Notes under the pieces: model-generated
Seen by the model: only the letters and a program-made list of their open reading frames with translations
The model's database searches: none
What the model was told of the DNA's origin: nothing
Part shown: in pieces, positions 58,122 to 64,000 of the stretch
Numbering within the stretch: position 1 is the stretch's first letter
Layout of the letters: each line of letters opens with the position of its first letter
DNA from: Amoebidium appalachense
Taxonomy: Eukaryota > Protista > Ichthyosporea
Direction of reading: 5' to 3'
Assembly: GCA_963693365.1 (NCBI GenBank)
Contig: CAVNZM010000015.1
Coordinates: 620,001 to 684,000, forward strand
Length of the DNA stretch: 64,000 nucleotides
Translations under genes and position numbers: made by a program

Positions 58122-59234
58122 ACAAACACACACAAAAAAAAAAAAAAAAAAAAAAACAAGCAAAAAGGTATAGTCAGAAAGCGAACAAAAAAACCGTGGT
58201 AATGAACTTCTGAAGTTATGGGAAAAGGGAAGGACAAGAAAAGGGGAGAAAAATAGGGGTTACGGACAGTCAAAATTGGCAACAAAAAATGAGATATATC
58301 TATCCCCTTTGGATATCCAAGCATACCCAACATTTATCCATATATGGTAGTTTAAGGTCAAGTTCTCACCAGCCAATAGGGAGCCAGCCGTCAAGCCCAA
58401 ATAAACCAACGAGCCAATCAGACCCGCTGTTGAACTGCTCATGTTGAACTTGACCTGTTAATTTGGATTAGTAACTTATTGAATTCATTTAAAACATTAA
58501 AGATCAAATTGTCACATAGTACAATTGTAGGTTAATGCATATTGTTTGTTTGTTTATAACTGGCTTTATTCTAATATATCCCATAAATATACATCCCATT
58601 TCTTCACATCCATATGTCCTGGTCACTCATGAGACCCCCCAACTACACACACAACCTTCAATATGTCAAATCTACCACTATGCCCCATACTGCACATGCA
58701 ACTCTGATATATATTGAACTTACCACCAAATATCTCCTGCCATTTATCTCACTCACCATCAATAATGCCACTCGCCGCTTTATATCCCACCATATATCCC
58801 ACCATATCTTCCACCATATCCCTCGATATATCCAACAACACATCACATACTATATCTCACAACAAATCTTCCATTACTTTCAACAATATATACCCACAAT
58901 ATATTCAACAATATATCACATACTATATCTCACAATATATCCCACAATATATCCAACAATATATCGCACGATATATCTCAAAAACATATCCCAAAATACA
59001 TGCAACAATACATCCCATACTATAACCCACAACATATCCCAAAATATATCAAACAATATATCACACCCACCTGTAATTCGCGCAGTGATGCTGCAACCGC
59101 CCCCGAGTCATAAGTCAGAAACACGTTGATAAGAACAAGAAGTGCAAACACACATTTCCGCCGCCATAGGGGCAGGTTGCGTCGAACTGTACTCTCTGAA
59201 TATGTGCTTGCTTGGTCACTGTGTGTGTTTTTTT

Positions 59235-59278
<44 letters not shown>

Positions 59279-59296
59279 GTGTTGGTGTCTGTGTGT

Positions 59297-59335
<39 letters not shown>

Positions 59336-59380
59336 CGCGCGCGCGCACGTGAGTCTGCGCATGTGGGCGCTCTTTTCTTT

Positions 59381-59413
<33 letters not shown>

Positions 59414-59466
59414 TTCTTTTTCTTTGATTATTTATTTTTTTTTTTGTGGGGGGGGGGGGGGGGGGG

Positions 59467-59506
<40 letters not shown>

Positions 59507-59964
59507 AGTGTTGGTGTCTGTGTGTGTGTCTGTGTGTCTGTGTGTGTGTGTGTGTGTGTGCGTGCGCGCGCGCACGTGAGTCTGCGCATGTGGGCGCTCT
59601 TTTCTTTTCTATCTTTCTTTCTTTCTTTTTTCTTTCTTTTCCTTTCTTTTTATTTTTTTTTTATTTTTTTTTTTTGGGGGGGGGGGGGTGATGTATTCAT
59701 TGGAGGGATAGCATTAGAAGGATCCCGAGACATGAAAAAGCGAAGAACAAATTAATAAGCTTAAAAGGTCACAAAATACAAGGAAAAGCAATCAATCCCC
59801 CCCCCCCCCCCCCCGAAAAAAAAAAAAAAAAAAAAAAAAAGGTACTGCAGGCAGAAGACACTTATCATCAGGGCATCCGGGGTGGTTCCTATGCCTCCAC
59901 AGAAGTCTCTCTCCCAAGGAGTGGATGGGGGTTGGGGAGGGGGGGGGGGGGGGGAGGGTGGGGG

Positions 59965-59999
<35 letters not shown>

Positions 60000-61311
60000 A
60001 TACACATAGACGGTTGGAGATATGGAGGAGACGTCAAACTAAAAAAACCAAAATAATGTCACAAAAATAAAAAACCCAAAAATAAACCTTCAAACAAAAC
60101 AAAAAAAAACGTGGGCAGGCGGAAGACTCGAACAGTGCCACCCATTTTCCCGGGCGGAAGGGGGGTGGGGGGTGGGGTGGTGGGGGGGGGGGGGGGGGGG
60201 GGGAGGGGTTGCATACGATTGAAGGTCAATCGAGTCCTCTGTGGGTGGGGGTTCATTCCACTTGCCGTAATCATCTGATGGGACAGGTAGATAGACAGTG
60301 GATAGTCAGTATATCTCGATGCACATATAGAAATAGGCTACTTTATGTTTATATTCAGCCTCTCTTTTATTCATTATCCCATCGTCTCGCTGCCCCCTTT
60401 CCCTCCGCCCCTTATCACATACTTTTTTGATATACCATAAAACTTGGCAACACTTTAAAACCGGTAATCCTGAATTAGCTGGTGTGCATCCTTTATCAGT
60501 CTTACTTGGAGTGCAAAAGGTGAAGATTCCAGACACCATAAACGACTTGTCTACTACAGTCTTTTTACTGATGAGTGCATACAAGACACCGCCACCTGAT
60601 TATTATTATTATTATTATTATTTTATCCCGTTTTGTTCCCGGAGGTACCCCTAGGGGCCCTCAGGGGGAACTACCGCCTTCCACCCAGCACCGACAGTAC
60701 TCTAGCTAGGGTGCTACGATGCTATTAGCTAAACTAACACACCTATATCAGTCCTAACTCTATGTACACACTTTGCCCAGGGTATCAACCCCAGCCACGC
60801 CGGTGGGTAGCACCAGGCTTCCCCTTCACTCAGAACCGACGAAGAAACTTGAAAACTGGGCTCTCGTTGGTTCTTCTAAAGTGGTGGAATGTGTGGTGTG
60901 GTGTGGGTGTGTTTACGGGGGATAATGGTGTATGGTGGGGTCTGGTGGTGGTGGGTGGCTGCCTAATAGTATATGGTGTTGTACATATTGGGTGGCTACG
61001 GTATAATGATCTAAGAGCCTAGGGTTGCATGGTGGTTTGTTCTATGTGTGTGTCTTCATGTTGGGCATGCTGCCTGTGTGTGTGTGGGTTGTGTGGGTGT
61101 GTATGATTTGGGTTTCGGTGGGGCTCTACGTCTCTGTTTACGTGTGGTGTTGGAATGGCCACCTGATTACCTTGCAAACCTTTTGGATATATAAGATATA
61201 TAAAGATATAGTTACAGATTTATATGTTGCGCGCAAAAGTTATGAAGTCAACAACAGGAGGAGAGAGTAGAACCACTCACCTTTTCTTTCGAACACTGCA
61301 AGAACTTCCAT
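49670..61311 (-). CDS. Major facilitator superfamily transporter, spinster (SPNS)-like
   Basis: In-phase GT-AG exons 59071-59195 ([20 protein letters not shown]), 58370-58454 ([15 protein letters not shown]), 57592-57722 (LLVARFFMG), 56781-56873 ([17 protein letters not shown]), 56224-56316, 55575-55705, 54805-54895, 54007-54111 ([15 protein letters not shown]), 53564-53613, 52964-53059 ([11 protein letters not shown]), 52261-52376 ([11 protein letters not shown]), ~51500-51704 (SSVPRELR...[10 protein letters not shown]), ~50726-50847. The first exon (61281-61311, [10 protein letters not shown]), the N-terminal exons at 59860-60880 and the C-terminal exons below 50700 are tentative. Confidence 0.85.
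52700..52963. repeat. 36-bp minisatellite (~7 near-perfect units; degenerate units back to ~52455), intronic
   Basis: Unit cacctaccctgccacctttaacaccattaaagc(gac/agg/aag) repeated head-to-tail. Confidence 0.9.
54296..54386 (-). mobile_element. 3' fragment of the same short element, reverse orientation
   Basis: Reverse complement reads GGGCTCCTGCTTATAATGCATACTTCGTATGTATGGGTTGCAATCTGCATTGCGTTGTCCGTCTT..CACTCTAAC followed by poly-C. Confidence 0.6.
58770..59065. repeat. Degenerate 12-bp minisatellite (cacaatatatcc-like), intronic
   Basis: Recurring caccatatatcc/caacaatatatc/cacatactatat units. Confidence 0.75.
59225..59690. repeat. Tandem duplication of ~230 bp of intron sequence
   Basis: polyG-AGTGTTGGTGTCTGTG(TG)n-GCGCGCACGTGAGTCTGCGCATGTGGGCGCTCTTTTCTTTTCTATCTTTC occurs twice (~59278 and ~59507). 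Confidence 0.85.
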
Positions 61312-61429
61312 TTTATTTTATTTCTGCAAAAACTTCAAAAAAATCAATATTGGTTTTTTTCCCCCTTCTCATGTGCGTTCCAGCCCAGTGAATGACCGGG
61401 CACTCCCTCCGTCGAAATCCTGTGTGTGT

Positions 61430-61499
<70 letters not shown>

Positions 61500-64000
61500 A
61501 AGTGGGTCTGGATGCCTGTTATCTAGTAGATTATGTGTTTCTGTTTATGGATGTGGTTGTGATTTTTCGTTTTCTATTTTATTCCGTTTCACTCCCGGCG
61601 AGGCACTGCCTCAGAGAGCTTACCGTCTTCCGCCTAGACACAGATCGTACTGTATAGCACACCTATAGGTCAGGAATCTATATCGACCCCAACTGGCACT
61701 ATTTTAAGTTACGCCTTATCCCACGGTTCTAGCCGCAGCAACTGTTTGTGATGATATTCTTCTATTCGGCCTCGTGACCTACATATGTTTTTTGCTGGAC
61801 AATAGTTACTGATGTGCTTAGAGAAAAAAGTCAGAAGCAAGTCAGATGCTATCTGAGTGTCACGTAAGCAATATGTTAATCGACATTCGAATGAGCCTTC
61901 GCTTATGTTGTCCAAGACGAAGAGAAATCCTAGATTTCCGTGCATAGTAGTTGGTGTGGCTCCTGATTGATCATCAGATGCTCGTGGAACCACACACAGC
62001 CCAACTACACGTATAGGTCCACAAAGCGTGCAGAGAGCAAGTGCACAGCGAAAATGGCGTTGTCGGAAATCACACACGGTGGATGCACACTACAGCACAA
62101 ACACACCTGCATCCAAGTGCGCATGCACACAACAAACACACACCGAGCACGCAAACGCCGTCGCATAGCGCACACACACGTACACACCAAGGGTGCACAT
62201 AAAACAGCGGGCTCGCCTACACAGCACAGGATATGCGCACAAACGCACAACTGGCCATCCCATCACCATCGAAGTGCAATTGCTTGGTTTAGACGCTGAT
62301 GCCCACACATTCCCACACACAAAAGCACATGCATGCCAATAAGAAAGAGCAAACTGATTGTGAATAGTGTCCTTGGCACAAAAAAACTCACCTCACAACC
62401 TCGGTCTGGTGCGCATGTTTTGCATCGTTATTTTCTCTAAACCCCAACTGTGACTGCTTCTCTATAGATTGGCTGTTACTGTAGGTGGTTCATGCTTCAT
62501 TTTCCTCTCTAAAACAGAGCTAGAACTAATTAGTATATATATACATGTTGCTGTCAATGACCAACTGCCACCTGTGTATTCGTTTGGGTTGTGCTCTTCA
62601 CCACCCAATTGTCATACCTCCTGATTATCGTTTCAATAATTCAAATACGATTTATGTGTATATTTGTATATATTCATAGCTCTGAACATAACCCCTTAGC
62701 ACATACAAATGCTTTGTGATATAGGACTGTATGACATCAAACATGAAATAGTATAAACAATATATACAACGAAGTGATACAATAATCGAACGAGGCTAAA
62801 ACGAAAGCCTTCGTTGCAAACACGGCCCGGCTCAATACGAATTATACGATGACTATTAGTCTTCCATGCGCTACCGCACAAACAAAACATTGTAAAACCC
62901 AAAATGAGGATACTTGCGTCATAAGGGGGTCAAGAAGAGCTAGCCGGATAAATTTTAACCTTTGGAACGCGTACAAATTACAAAAAAAAACTGCCACGTG
63001 CGACTGTGGCCTCAGCCGCCGTATGATCTCACGGTGTGCACGCGCTGCGATGAACTTCACGTTCGCTTCCGATTTTTCCTTACACTCTCGCGACCTCGTG
63101 CATGCTTTCTGTCGCGGCGCCTCGACGGTTCGATAGAGTCCAGTGTTCGCTGAATGTGTAAGGAAAAATAAGGAGCCATCTCAGTAGGTGGCAGCCGTAT
63201 GATCAACTACACTCTGTTTTTCAAGGGTATGAGTTGGCGCGTGATCAGTCGCTTCGGAAGGGAAGTTTTTGTCAGCCTTGAAAAATAAGAGCTACCTCCA
63301 AAGGTAGCAAGAAAAAAAAGCTCACTGACACCTGTCTGCCTGTCTGCCTGTTCAGCACTGGAGAAGGTGTGGGAAAGAAAGAAAGAGAGAGGAAATAGTG
63401 AACATGCTTTAATATAGTCGCATAGCCTACATTGTCTTTTGGGTAACAACCCGTTTTTAACCCTAACATGCGCAGCCAAAACCACCCCCATCTACCCCAT
63501 CTCCTCCAACCATCAGGCTATCTTCTTTTCCTTGCCGAATGCATTCAATATTTGCTAGATCGAGGTTCTGGGCGTATAGATGGCTAAACCTTTCCGTGAC
63601 AGAATTAGCCAATTGACATCTGCTGACAGTAACGGGAACAAATATAGGCATATGCAAAGCCTTTAGCCCTATATAGTAAGGGAGAATCTGCCGATTGGGA
63701 AATACCGTGCACTGCCATGGGGAAAGGCCCTCAGGCCCCATACATAAGGCTTTGCTCAAATCATGCCTTGCTACCTTGACTGAACGACGTGCCCAGACCG
63801 GCAGAGCTAACGATTCCAATCCAGGTTTCTGCGGAAGTTGATGTTTGTGGAAACTTACAATTATGCCTCTCCCCCCTTCCCTCATAATTGTGCTGGGATA
63901 AGTTGACGCCAGGGTGCACTATAGTCTCCAGTAGGTTCATGCTCGGGTAGTACCGGATACTAGTCTGGACGTGAAGCCACACGTGCATCCTGGTACATAC

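Noticed and set aside
63463-63990. Minus-strand ORFs at the right edge
   Set aside because: Possibly part of a gene or element extending beyond the window, but there is no recognisable motif or verifiable exon chain.

Overview
Eukaryotic, very intron-rich genomic DNA, probably from a unicellular eukaryote (taxon not determinable here). Introns are packed with (CA)n/(TG)n microsatellites and poly-C/poly-G tracts, and most ORF-track entries are artefacts of these repeats. By chaining GT-AG exons by phase I reconstructed five genes. (1) An intronless, frameshifted GRDP/DUF1399-like + ubiquitin-like gene (-, 3046-3801). (2) An F-box/acidic/LRR-like gene (+, ~4896-7600). (3) A ~14-exon gene with 5-nt and 13-nt microexons whose product resembles phage T7 gp2.5-type ssDNA-binding proteins (-, 9411-15085). 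(4) A ~43-exon, ~30-kb model (+, 17036-46703) in which a PICH/ERCC6L-type SNF2 translocase appears to run, via a long acidic disordered linker, into a complete GCNA/ACRC-type SprT metalloprotease-Zn finger-HMG module; this apparent PICH-GCNA fusion is the main finding. (5) A spinster-like MFS transporter (-, ~49670-61311). There is also a dispersed short element family ending in poly-C, plus several minisatellites and local duplications. Several single-base homopolymer frameshifts in otherwise conserved exons indicate assembly indel errors, so all gene models need RNA confirmation.
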